From a virus, in the IMG/VR virus record IMGVR_UViG_3300008117_007749: 64,000 nt of DNA. One strand, given 5' to 3'. Within the stretch, counting starts at the first letter, position 1, and the number at the start of each line of letters is the position of its first letter. Under the pieces are notes generated by a model. That model saw only the letters and a list, made by a program, of their open reading frames with translations. It ran no database searches and had not been told where the DNA came from. The translations under genes were made by a program, and so were the position numbers. Shown piece by piece: positions 10,347-19,588 of the stretch.

Positions 10347-10932
10347 TAAGTTCATTTAGTTTTCTATTATCCATAATCTCACCATCAGTATTTGTACTCT
10401 CAGACAACTCTTCGTTGTTTTTTATATCTGGATTTTCAATTTCATTGAATCCCATATCCTTTCTCAATGTTTTCCAAAACTTTTCAAAATCAGTTCTTTG
10501 ACCCATTAAAAATTTAGAGTTCTCTCTTATTTGACCAATAGTCTGATTAACTACTTCATGCATTCTAGCAGAATTATCACCATTATCAACTTGTCTTAAT
10601 TGAGAAAGGAAGTTTTTTCTAGTCATTTTTTGTAGAAAAAGACCTTCAGCATAAACCATAGCATCCTCTTTCATTTTGTTTTTGATGTAAGGGTGTTCTT
10701 TTAATTGAGGAATATCACTTAAATAAAGATCAACTAAAGACTCTAATACATCCATAGATTGTTGTGATGAAACTGTTAAGTCTGAATCATAGTCATATAT
10801 TTCAATTTCACCTAAATCAGGTAAATCTTCTGGCTTAGCTAAGTGTTTTGATATATCAAAATCACCACCCTCTGACTGAATCTGTTCAAATTCATCTTTC
10901 AATCTATTTCTTTCGTTTTCTGATTTCGACAT
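10303..10932 (-). CDS. Hypothetical helical protein divergent from terL (possible small terminase, from position only)
   Basis: 209 aa ORF sharing a TATATATA intergenic region with terL; no motif recognised. Confidence 0.45.
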   Translation of the reverse strand: MSKSENERNRLKDEFEQIQSEGGDFDISKHLAKPEDLPDLGEIEIYDYDSDLTVSSQQSMDVLESLVDLYLSDIPQLKEHPYIKNKMKEDAMVYAEGLFLQKMTRKNFLSQLRQVDNGDNSARMHEVVNQTIGQIRENSKFLMGQRTDFEKFWKTLRKDMGFNEIENPDIKNNEELSESTNTDGEIMDNRKLNELIKTAMLNKDSGKKD

Positions 10933-10976
10933 AGAAGCGGTTTTTTACGATATATATAATAAAACGGTCTTTCCGT

Positions 10977-13118
10977 ATGACTAATATTAGAGAAGAAAAA
11001 GAAAAACAGATGATATTTACTACCAAATTGGTAGATGAATCAACTGATAAGATAAATGACGGTGTTGTTTTAAAACGATATCAAAATCCATGGCTAAAAA
11101 GTGAAGTAGGTCTAAGAAGATCGGGAGTAACTTTCAGAATGACTCCCGATGAACAACAAGAGTATGTAAGATGTGCAATAGATGTTCATTACTTTGTTGA
11201 AAAATATTGTAAAGTTAAAAGAGAAGATGGTTCAATTGGAAATATTTTCCTAAGAGATTATCAGAAAGATATATTAGATAACTTTGTAAATAGTAGATTT
11301 AATATACTTATGGCCTCTCGACAAGTAGGAAAAACAGTCTCTTCTTCAATTTTTATGTTACATAAAATTCTTTTTGATAATGATAAAAACATAATGATTG
11401 TTGCAAACAAAGGAGATACAGCTGTAGAAATCGTCGATAAAATAAAATCAATTTATACATTGCTTCCATTCTTCTTAAAACCAGGTATAAAAACTTGGAA
11501 TCAAAAGTCACTAACATTTGAGAATGGATGTAGAATAAAAACATCAGCTAGAACAAAAACTCCAGCAATCGGTTTCACCATTGACGTTCTTTATTTAGAT
11601 GAGTTTGCTCATATTCCTTCGAATATCATCGAACCATATTATACCGCTGCTTTCCCAACTACAGCTGCTGTACAAAACTCAAAAATTATAATTACTTCCA
11701 CTCCTAATGGTATGAATCTATTTCATAAACTTTTAACAGACGCTGAAAGACCAGAGGGAGATCCATTAAGGAATAACTATAAAGCAATGAGAGTCTATTG
11801 GTATCAAGTACCTGGTAGATTTGTAACATATTTAAGACTAAACTCACATAAGCTATATGAACATGGATTAACAAAAGAGGAGATTTTTGAAATTTGCAGA
11901 GAAAGATGGGAAAATAAAACAAAAATTGAAATAGGATATAACTCTGACTTACAAAAAGATGTAATTCATATCTATAATAATGAAAATTGCTCTGATGAAG
12001 ATGTCAAATCAATGACATTTATAGATAACAAAGGATTTGAAGTTCCTATTAGATTTTTAGCGGAAGTGACCACTTGGAAAGAAGAAGCAATAAAAGACAT
12101 TGGAGGAGAAGACGCATTTAATCAAGAATACGGTCTAAGGTTTATAAATGCTTCAAAATCACTATTAAATGAAGGAATAATAGATGAGCTACTTAGAAAC
12201 AAAAAGAACTATGAATTTGAAGAAATTTACGAATTTGATAAAAAAATAAAATTTAGTTATAGAGATTTGAAATGGGTAGATGATGATAATATATTCTTAC
12301 CAGTAAGAAGAAAAGAATATAAAATAGTTATATCAGTGGATATATCCGAAGGTTTAGGTCAAGACTACTCAGTGATAAATATTTTTAAAATAAGCGAAAA
12401 GACTAAAGAAACAATAGAATCTCAAAAAGATTCTTATAAATCCATAGTTGATTTCTTTAGACTTGAACAAGTAGGAATTTTCAGAAGCAATCTAGTATCA
12501 GTAAAACAATTATCCGAGTTCTTATACATTTTGGCATTTGAATATCTAAATCCTGAAAATGTAAAAATAGTTCTTGAATTAAATAACTATGGAAACACCC
12601 TTTTAGCTGAAATGCCTCACGTTTTTGATGGAAATAATAACTACGGATCATCTATCTTTGTAAGATATAAACATAGAGCGGATTCGACAGAAGAAAAAAT
12701 TGGACTCAAAGTTGGTGAAAATAAGAATCTTTTGGTGAAAGATTACCAAGATTTAATGTATGCTAAATCATTTGCTATCAATAACGAGGATACTATAAGA
12801 GAAATTACAACATTTGTTAAACACATAACAACAGCTGGTAACGTGAGATACGCAGCAGACGTTGGACATGATGATACAGTAATGACTATAGTAAATGCTA
12901 CTACAGTTTTTCAAAAAAATGAGTTTAAGGAAATGGTTGAAGAATATTCTAACAAACAATTAGATAAAGAAATGCTATCATATATTAAAGAATGTATGAA
13001 TAGACTTGACTATGTTGAGGGTGTTGATTACGGACAAGTATTGAGAATTAGAAGACAAAATCAAAATCAAAGAAATATGAACAAAAACTCAGGAATTAAC
13101 TGGTTTGGTAAAAATTAA
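10977..13118 (+). CDS. terL: Terminase large subunit (T4 gp17-like)
   Basis: LRDYQ Q-motif, Walker A ASRQVGKT, Walker B LYLDEFAHI, ITSTPNG coupling motif, nuclease VDISEGLGQDYS and GHDDTVM. Confidence 0.95.
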   Translation: MTNIREEKEKQMIFTTKLVDESTDKINDGVVLKRYQNPWLKSEVGLRRSGVTFRMTPDEQQEYVRCAIDVHYFVEKYCKVKREDGSIGNIFLRDYQKDILDNFVNSRFNILMASRQVGKTVSSSIFMLHKILFDNDKNIMIVANKGDTAVEIVDKIKSIYTLLPFFLKPGIKTWNQKSLTFENGCRIKTSARTKTPAIGFTIDVLYLDEFAHIPSNIIEPYYTAAFPTTAAVQNSKIIITSTPNGMNLFHKLLTDAERPEGDPLRNNYKAMRVYWYQVPGRFVTYLRLNSHKLYEHGLTKEEIFEICRERWENKTKIEIGYNSDLQKDVIHIYNNENCSDEDVKSMTFIDNKGFEVPIRFLAEVTTWKEEAIKDIGGEDAFNQEYGLRFINASKSLLNEGIIDELLRNKKNYEFEEIYEFDKKIKFSYRDLKWVDDDNIFLPVRRKEYKIVISVDISEGLGQDYSVINIFKISEKTKETIESQKDSYKSIVDFFRLEQVGIFRSNLVSVKQLSEFLYILAFEYLNPENVKIVLELNNYGNTLLAEMPHVFDGNNNYGSSIFVRYKHRADSTEEKIGLKVGENKNLLVKDYQDLMYAKSFAINNEDTIREITTFVKHITTAGNVRYAADVGHDDTVMTIVNATTVFQKNEFKEMVEEYSNKQLDKEMLSYIKECMNRLDYVEGVDYGQVLRIRRQNQNQRNMNKNSGINWFGKN

Positions 13119-13399
13119 CCATTTTCTTCCATTGTTACAGACAATCCAGAATTTTGTAATTTTTCTTTCATAGAAGAAATTGTATCAAAATCTCCGTATT
13201 TTACATCACATTTTCCTTTAAAATGGACAATATGAGCACATTGATTTGCTTGCTCAAATTCGTGACCACAGTATTTCATAAGACAATTGATTACATGATC
13301 AAACGTATTATGATCATCATTATGAAGGTCTAATCGATAAGGTTTAGAAAGTAATTCTTTTACTTTACTTTGTGTTTTCTTTTTTGTAATTGTTGCCAT
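13115..13399 (-). CDS. clpS: ATP-dependent Clp protease adaptor ClpS
   Basis: LHNDDHNTFDHVINCL...EQANQCAHIVHFKGKCDVK, a Bacteroidota-style ClpS signature. Confidence 0.9.
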   Translation of the reverse strand: MATITKKKTQSKVKELLSKPYRLDLHNDDHNTFDHVINCLMKYCGHEFEQANQCAHIVHFKGKCDVKYGDFDTISSMKEKLQNSGLSVTMEENG

Positions 13400-13414
13400 A
13401 TAAGTAATATTATT

Positions 13415-13936
13415 TTATGAGTTAAAAGTTTTAGCTGTTTTATTTACAACATCTACTATTGTAACCACACACATCTGTGTTTTAGCCCATTCTTCAAAAT
13501 GAGGTAGATGTTCCAATCTATCATCATACATAACAAAATGACGACAACCTGTTTTTGATATCATTTTTTCAAAAAGAGTAGTTTTAAATTTAAAAGTATC
13601 ACCTCCCCAATTAAGATATAATTCATCAAATTGAAAATTGTAGTATTCTAATATTTTAGAAACAGCGTCTCTCATTCCCGTAACCGTATCCAATCTACCG
13701 GTTGCTAATATTAAGTAACCACTTGGATCATTTTTTGCATCTACATATTTTTTATAAACCCATTCGTTTTTTGGTGTATCAAAAATAGAAATATCTAAAG
13801 TTTCTACTTTAGACCACCATCCTCTATGAGGCCAGACACTGCCAGTTTTTTCTTGCCATATTTGCTTCCCCGGTTCAGGTAACATAGTATGTATTAATGT
13901 TTCATCAAAGTCGAATGAGTATAAAGTATTATACAT
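13415..13936 (-). CDS. HAD-superfamily phosphatase-like protein
   Basis: FDFDETL (motif I), LATGR (motif II), K, MYDDR (motif IV); TATATTTG upstream (13957-13964, minus strand). Confidence 0.75.
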   Translation of the reverse strand: MYNTLYSFDFDETLIHTMLPEPGKQIWQEKTGSVWPHRGWWSKVETLDISIFDTPKNEWVYKKYVDAKNDPSGYLILATGRLDTVTGMRDAVSKILEYYNFQFDELYLNWGGDTFKFKTTLFEKMISKTGCRHFVMYDDRLEHLPHFEEWAKTQMCVVTIVDVVNKTAKTFNS

Positions 13937-14019
13937 AAAATTTATTTATTTTTTCACAAATATATATAAATTATTTAAAAGTAGAAACAGAAGAATAAAA
14001 AATTATATATAATTTAATT

Positions 14020-14436
14020 ATGAAAATACAACTTGACTTTAAATCGATTTTAATTTTGGTGTTTTTAGGAATATCAATTTTGTTTTTCTCAATGTGGTTT
14101 CTAAAAGGAACTGGTTATAAAAAAGAATTTAAGAAACTAGAATTAGAATTTCAAAAATTACAAAAAACAAGAGATTCATTAGAAGCAGTCAATATAAAAT
14201 TAAAAATTGACTTTGAAAAAATTCAACAGAAAATTGATGAAAGAAATTTAGAAATTAAAAAGGTAGAATATGAATTAGTAAAAGTTAAAAAAGATCTTAA
14301 TTCATCCAATAATCAATTACAAAAAAATAAAAAAGATTTAGAAGAGACTAGAAAAAAAATAGAAAAACTTAAAAAAGATCCAATAAAGAGAGAAGGCGAA
14401 GACCTTATAAATTCTCTTAAAGAAAAATTAAAATAA
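14020..14436 (+). CDS. Membrane-anchored coiled-coil protein (spanin-like topology)
   Basis: N-terminal hydrophobic helix followed by a long heptad-rich region. Confidence 0.55.
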   Translation: MKIQLDFKSILILVFLGISILFFSMWFLKGTGYKKEFKKLELEFQKLQKTRDSLEAVNIKLKIDFEKIQQKIDERNLEIKKVEYELVKVKKDLNSSNNQLQKNKKDLEETRKKIEKLKKDPIKREGEDLINSLKEKLK

Positions 14437-14438
14437 AA

Positions 14439-14936
14439 ATGAAAAATATATTAATAACTTCAATATTCTTAATTTTATCAACTATTTGTTTCTCTCAAGA
14501 CTATCCTAGAATTGAAACTGATTCAAACGGAATAAAATTGGTAGTAATGACTTATGAACAAGCTCAAAAAATTGATAACGCATTTGAATTAGTCACTCTA
14601 TTAGAAAAGGCAGGAGCTGAATGTGATAGTCTTACTCTATCTTATGTAAAAGTTATAGACGGTCTAAAAAGACAAGTTTCTCTTTTAGAATTAGATTTAA
14701 GTTTATATAAAGGACAAGTAATAGACAAAGATAGACAATTATCAAATATTCAAAAACAATTAAATAATTGCGAAACTAATAAAGCAGCATGTGATTCTCA
14801 AATTTCTATAAGAGATAGTCAAATTAATTTACTCAATGATGAAATTAAGACTTTGAAAACAAAGAGAAATATTGCATATGGTGTAGGGATTGGAGGAGTT
14901 ATCGGAGGCATTCTACTTGTTTTATTTATTCATTAA
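14439..14936 (+). CDS. Exported coiled-coil protein with C-terminal TM helix
   Basis: Signal peptide ending CFS-Q, coiled coil, C-terminal GVGIGGVIGGILLVLF. Confidence 0.55.
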   Translation: MKNILITSIFLILSTICFSQDYPRIETDSNGIKLVVMTYEQAQKIDNAFELVTLLEKAGAECDSLTLSYVKVIDGLKRQVSLLELDLSLYKGQVIDKDRQLSNIQKQLNNCETNKAACDSQISIRDSQINLLNDEIKTLKTKRNIAYGVGIGGVIGGILLVLFIH

Positions 14937-14996
14937 AATTGAAAAAAAATTGGTTTTTTTAATTAATATATACATTATAAAAAATATAGCTATAAA

Positions 14997-15752
14997 ATGA
15001 AGCACATTAGAACATTTGAAAGTTATCGTATAAGAAAAAACAGAGAAGAGATTATTAAAGAATCTGTTCTTCAAGTAAACGATATCTATAAAGTTAAGAC
15101 TATGATTGATATTCCACAATCATTAATCAATGCTTATGTTAAAAAAGTAAAAGATACTACAGGTAAAAACTTGAGACAATTTTTTGGAGATGTTGATATC
15201 GCTGAAGAAATTGTTAAGTATATAAACTTGAATAATCTTGATGTTGAAAAACTACCAGGAAATGCTCTCATGGGTGGGGCTCAAGGACAAACTCAAGGAC
15301 AAAATCAGACACAAGTTCAAGTAGAAGGTGGTCAAGAACAAGCTCAAACACAAGAACAAGCTCAAACACAAGGACAAGCTCAAACACAAGGACAAGCTCA
15401 AACACAAGGACAAGCTCAAACACAAGGACAAGCTCAAACACAAGGACAAGCTCAAGGTCAAGGACAAGCTCAAGGTCAAGCTCAAGGTCAAGGACAAGCT
15501 CAGGGTCAAGGACAAGCTCAAGGACAAGCTCAAGGTCAAGGACAAGCTCAAGGTCAAGGACAAGCTCAGGGTCAAGGACAAGCTCAAGAAGGAGAATTTG
15601 AAGAACCACAAGCTCAAGGACAAGCTCAAGGACAAGCTCAGGGTCAAGGACAAGGTCAGGGTCAAGGACAAGCTCAAGGACAAGCTCAAGGACAAGCTCA
15701 AGGACAAGCTCAAGAAGAGGAAGAAGAGGGAGAAGAGGAATTACCAGCTTAA
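14997..15752 (+). CDS. Protein with MKHIRTFES N-terminus and long Gln/Gly/Ala low-complexity tail
   Basis: ORF downstream of TAATATATA; QGQAQT/QGQAQG repeats; acidic C-terminus. Confidence 0.8.
   Translation: MKHIRTFESYRIRKNREEIIKESVLQVNDIYKVKTMIDIPQSLINAYVKKVKDTTGKNLRQFFGDVDIAEEIVKYINLNNLDVEKLPGNALMGGAQGQTQGQNQTQVQVEGGQEQAQTQEQAQTQGQAQTQGQAQTQGQAQTQGQAQTQGQAQGQGQAQGQAQGQGQAQGQGQAQGQAQGQGQAQGQGQAQGQGQAQEGEFEEPQAQGQAQGQAQGQGQGQGQGQAQGQAQGQAQGQAQEEEEEGEEELPA
15281..15713 (+). repeat. Coding tandem repeat, 12/18-nt units (CAAGGACAAGCTCAAACA / CAAGGACAAGCT)
   Basis: Directly visible. Confidence 0.9.
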
Positions 15753-15772
15753 TCTAAAATAAAATATTAAAG

Positions 15773-15799
15773 AAACCCATCAGAAATGATGGGTTTTTT
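15773..15799 (+). terminator. Intrinsic terminator
   Basis: AAACCCATCA-gaaa-TGATGGGTTTTTT. Confidence 0.8.
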
Positions 15800-15802
15800 A
15801 TT

Positions 15803-15811
15803 TAATATATA
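15803..15811 (+). promoter_or_regulatory. Putative phage late promoter TAATATATA (representative of more than 20 copies)
   Basis: TAATATATA/TTTATATATA precedes most structural genes; here 4 nt before ATG 15816. Confidence 0.7.
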
Positions 15812-15815
15812 GTTT

Positions 15816-16430
15816 ATGAAGTTTATTAAAACATTTGAAAGCTACAATGAAGATACTTTAATCATAGTGGATGTTCAGAAATCATTTAGAAAGTATTTTT
15901 CCGAAATGTATCTAAACGAACTTAAAAAATACTGTAAAAATTTTAATAATGTTTATCAGATTTGGGATAATCATCCGGATGGTAAAAATGTGGATAAAGA
16001 TTATCTATATGATGAGACTCCTGAAATTCCTATCCATAAAGACATTTATCACTTTCCAAATCAAAAAGAATTAATTGAAAAAAGATATAATTACGACGTT
16101 GATGCCGATTTTTACAAGAAAATACTAGATAAAGAAGTTTATGATAAAATTAGTAAAAAAGAAGAGGAAAAAACATTAAAAAAAGGAGATATCTTTGAGA
16201 CAAAGGAGGGAACTATAATCACATTTATAAACAACAATCATGTTTGGTTTCACTGTCCTAAAAAACTATATGATCTTTTAATAGACTTAAAGGGAAGAGA
16301 AGTTACTATTGTTGGTGGAGCTGACGGCGAGTGTCTAGAGGATGTAGTAACAACAGCTGAAAGTTTAGGTGTCAAAATAAAAAGAGATTATAAATACATC
16401 TGGACCGCTACAAGTTGTCCAATAAAGTAG
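15816..16430 (+). CDS. Isochorismatase/cysteine hydrolase-like protein
   Basis: LIIVDVQKSF (catalytic Asp), IEKRY (Lys), VTIVGGADGECLEDV (catalytic Cys). Confidence 0.7.
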   Translation: MKFIKTFESYNEDTLIIVDVQKSFRKYFSEMYLNELKKYCKNFNNVYQIWDNHPDGKNVDKDYLYDETPEIPIHKDIYHFPNQKELIEKRYNYDVDADFYKKILDKEVYDKISKKEEEKTLKKGDIFETKEGTIITFINNNHVWFHCPKKLYDLLIDLKGREVTIVGGADGECLEDVVTTAESLGVKIKRDYKYIWTATSCPIK

Positions 16431-16437
16431 AAAACAA

Positions 16438-16890
16438 ATGAAATATTTAAAATTTTTTGAAAACTTCGAATATGAAGAAATAGAATTACCAGAAGAAGAG
16501 TATCTTTACATCCAACCCTCACAAATTAAAAATGCAGGTAATGGTCTTTTTACCTCTATAGATATAGAATGTGGTGAAATCATTTCTAAATTTAAAGGGG
16601 AAGTAATATCAGATGAAGAAGCAAAAAGAAGAGCCTATCTAGGAGATGATGATTACTTTATGAATTTACCATCAGGAGAAACTTTAGACTGTAAAAGAAC
16701 AGATTGTTTTGCTAAATTTGCAAATGATGCTGAAGGAATTCCTTCAAATTTTGAAAATAACTCAATTATAACAATGGACGATGATAACAATGTTGTTTTA
16801 TTATCAGATAGAGATATCAAATCAGGTGAAGAAATATTTGTTGGATACGGAAAAAGTTACTGGAAAATAAATAAATATCGAGTTAATTAA
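16438..16890 (+). CDS. SET-domain protein (putative lysine methyltransferase)
   Basis: SQIKNAGNGLF, AKFANDA, RDIKSGEEIFVGYGKSYW. Confidence 0.9.
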   Translation: MKYLKFFENFEYEEIELPEEEYLYIQPSQIKNAGNGLFTSIDIECGEIISKFKGEVISDEEAKRRAYLGDDDYFMNLPSGETLDCKRTDCFAKFANDAEGIPSNFENNSIITMDDDNNVVLLSDRDIKSGEEIFVGYGKSYWKINKYRVN

Positions 16891-17264
16891 GAAACAGAAG
16901 CATAAACTTCATAACCCGCTACCTCAAAGTTTATTTCCATATATTCTTGAAATCTCTCTGGATCTTCAAAAAATTCAACTAATAAAGAATATTCAATTTC
17001 TTTTAATTCAGGAATATATTCATTTATTTGTGATTTAATTTCATTTTCTATACTTTCAGCTGATAATCTTGTCTCATGTAATAGTTGATATAAATCTCCT
17101 CCGAAATTAGGATCACCAAAAAAATCACCTTTATTAGTGAATAAAATCATTTCATATTTTTGTATTATAACTCTTACAACATCATCCTCAATAATATCCG
17201 GAGTTTTAAATCTGGGATGACCAGGGTACCCTATATAAAAATCTACAAAATTAAAATTACTCAT
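16887..17264 (-). CDS. Baseplate wedge protein (gp25-like)
   Basis: MILFTNKGDFFGDPNFGGDLYQLLHE...EIKSQINEYIP matches the gp25 LxTxxGERxxxPxFG pattern. Confidence 0.8.
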   Translation of the reverse strand: MSNFNFVDFYIGYPGHPRFKTPDIIEDDVVRVIIQKYEMILFTNKGDFFGDPNFGGDLYQLLHETRLSAESIENEIKSQINEYIPELKEIEYSLLVEFFEDPERFQEYMEINFEVAGYEVYASVS

Positions 17265-17290
17265 AAAATTATATATTAAAAATTAGAATC

Positions 17291-18262
17291 TCAATTCAAT
17301 ATATCTCTTATTTTTCCAATAATAGTCATCGCTAGTATTATTGGGTCGGTATTGGTTTCTAATTTAGAACCATAGTCAGCGATAATATAATTACATTCAA
17401 ATAATTTTTCTATACTTTTTCCCTCAGATATAGACCAATCAATAAAAGGTTTTCCTAGAAGTTTTATCATTGTGTCAATTCTATCAGCTGTAAATGTATT
17501 CATTAGAAAATGATAAATTTTCTCATAATCTAAAGATTTATCATAGATAATATTATATAAATCTAATTTTATTTTATTTGAAACGTTTATCGATGAGGTA
17601 TTTGTGACACCGGATTCTAAGAAACTTTGAACTTCCACAATTATACTTCTAAAGTCTGGAAATTTCTTTTGAATTATCGAAACCAACTCTTCTTTTTTGA
17701 TTTCTTTTTGCTCTGTTGGTAGAATTGTTGTTGTTAATCTTTTAAATATTTCCTGCTTTAAAAACTTTTCTTCTTCCATATTTTGACAATCAAAGCATAT
17801 TTGAGGTATTCTAGATTTTATCCCATCCGAAATTTTGTTTATATGATTAGTTGTTATTATAAACCTTACATTCTTATTATACTTCTCAATAAATGCTTTA
17901 AATGCATCTTGAAATTGAGATGATACTCTTTCAAACTCATCTAAAAATATATATTTGATATCAGAATCAGAATCAGATAACATTAATGGAGTAAATTTAC
18001 AGAAGTCTTCAATTTGATTTCTCAAAACATCAATTGATGTAAAAAGTGAGGAGTTTAGTTCAAGAAAAGGTTTATCTTTTGTGTATTTACCAATTAATAT
18101 TCTAGCTAAGCTAGTCTTTCCGGTACCAAAGTGTCCGTAAAAAATGTAATTACCATTTATTCCATTTTCGAATTGTTTTTTTATTCTTGGAAGTAATATA
18201 ATATCTTCTAATTTTTTAGGACGCCATTTTTCCCATAACAATAATTGATTAACTGAACTCAT
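17291..18262 (-). CDS. Sliding-clamp loader AAA+ subunit (T4 gp44/RFC-like)
   Basis: LLWEKWRPKKLEDIIL, GHFGTGKTS, IFLDEFE, RFIITTN, IKSR, FPDFRS. Confidence 0.9.
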   Translation of the reverse strand: MSSVNQLLLWEKWRPKKLEDIILLPRIKKQFENGINGNYIFYGHFGTGKTSLARILIGKYTKDKPFLELNSSLFTSIDVLRNQIEDFCKFTPLMLSDSDSDIKYIFLDEFERVSSQFQDAFKAFIEKYNKNVRFIITTNHINKISDGIKSRIPQICFDCQNMEEEKFLKQEIFKRLTTTILPTEQKEIKKEELVSIIQKKFPDFRSIIVEVQSFLESGVTNTSSINVSNKIKLDLYNIIYDKSLDYEKIYHFLMNTFTADRIDTMIKLLGKPFIDWSISEGKSIEKLFECNYIIADYGSKLETNTDPIILAMTIIGKIRDILN

Positions 18263-18334
18263 AAATTTTATATGATTTTACTATGTGAAAGTTATAGATA
18301 AATGCAGGGACTAAGTTTTTTATATATAACGAAT

Positions 18335-19516
18335 ATGATTGGAGAAAAATTTAATTTTGAAGATGTATTTTTTAGAGACTTAACGGTTTGTGTCTTAGAC
18401 ACACTAGAAGGCCAAGTCAATTGGATTAATAGATTCTCATCAGGGGATATTCCGGTTAGCGTACCATTTTACTACTCACTGAGTGGCGATGAAAGATTTT
18501 TACTTGATTCTTTTCAAGATGATATAGTATCAGAAAACAGATTTGTTGAACTAAATACCGATATCATACCAAGAGGACATCTTACACTAACAGGATTTAA
18601 TATTAAGTCAGATGAATTTGCCAATCCAAATGTTTGGCTTAGAATGGTTGTTGAAAATGAAATAGAAATTAGAAAAGTTTTAGCAAAAGTGAGAGCAATT
18701 CCGATTACTGTAAATTATGACTTAACTATTCTTCTCTCAAATGAAATAGACACATTTAAGTGTAGTCAAGCTATTATGGACACACTTTGGATTTATAAAT
18801 TTATGTATTTTGAATACAACTTTATGAATATTGACGCGGTGATATTAATGCCAGATTCTAATCAAATTGAATTATCTAGAGAAAAAAACCTCACCAGTGA
18901 TAACAACATCACATTAAAAGTGTCTTTTACGGTAGAAACTTATTATCCAGCATTTAGAAGAGATAGAGTAAATATTGAAGGATATCCTAAATATTATGGA
19001 GGATCAATGACAGATCTTAACAATTACACAATAACAGGAGGTGTTTCTGAGTACTTTGCAGGTCCTGGTTTTACAGGATCAAGCAGCAGAAATCCTACAT
19101 TTACTTCCGTAACAAACACAACAAATGAGGCAAGTGGATTTCCAGGATGGCCAAGACCACCATATATTGGTCCTCCATTTTTAACACCTCCATTTTCAAC
19201 CATCGGAGGTACTGAAACAGGAGTAACAGGAGTTCCGGGTCAAGATGGAAATACTGGATTCTTTGGACAAACTGGTGGATTCAATGAATTAAGTAATCCA
19301 TTTGGATCTAACTTATCACAAGTAATTGGTCCTAACGGAACTCTTACAAATGACCCTGACTACTTTATGGTTTCACCAAAAAGAACAAAATGGTTTAACA
19401 ATATACTAAAAGCGAGACAGAGGTCTGCTGCTCAAAGTCCTAATCCAAACTCAGGACCACCAACAAATGCTAATGATGGAGCATCAAATCCACCAACAAA
19501 TCCTAATCCTTTGTAA
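18335..19516 (+). CDS. Tail terminator / sheath stabiliser (gp15-like) with Pro/Gly/Thr-rich C-terminal extension
   Basis: VSVPFYY...ERFL, IPR, AIPITVNYDLTI, FTVETYYP resemble gp15; ATG 18335 follows TTTATATATA. Confidence 0.65.
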   Translation: MIGEKFNFEDVFFRDLTVCVLDTLEGQVNWINRFSSGDIPVSVPFYYSLSGDERFLLDSFQDDIVSENRFVELNTDIIPRGHLTLTGFNIKSDEFANPNVWLRMVVENEIEIRKVLAKVRAIPITVNYDLTILLSNEIDTFKCSQAIMDTLWIYKFMYFEYNFMNIDAVILMPDSNQIELSREKNLTSDNNITLKVSFTVETYYPAFRRDRVNIEGYPKYYGGSMTDLNNYTITGGVSEYFAGPGFTGSSSRNPTFTSVTNTTNEASGFPGWPRPPYIGPPFLTPPFSTIGGTETGVTGVPGQDGNTGFFGQTGGFNELSNPFGSNLSQVIGPNGTLTNDPDYFMVSPKRTKWFNNILKARQRSAAQSPNPNSGPPTNANDGASNPPTNPNPL

Positions 19517-19588
19517 AATTATAAAATGACAAAAAGTGACTTTTTTGTGTTAATATATAGTAATAAAGAAAAAATAATATTTTAAAAT

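Noticed and set aside
11820-12074. Intein in the terminase
   Set aside because: No intein splice-junction residues or LAGLIDADG motifs
15252-15762. SLSLSL, LELVLV and KLKHKD ORFs
   Set aside because: Alternative frames of the QGQAQ tandem repeat
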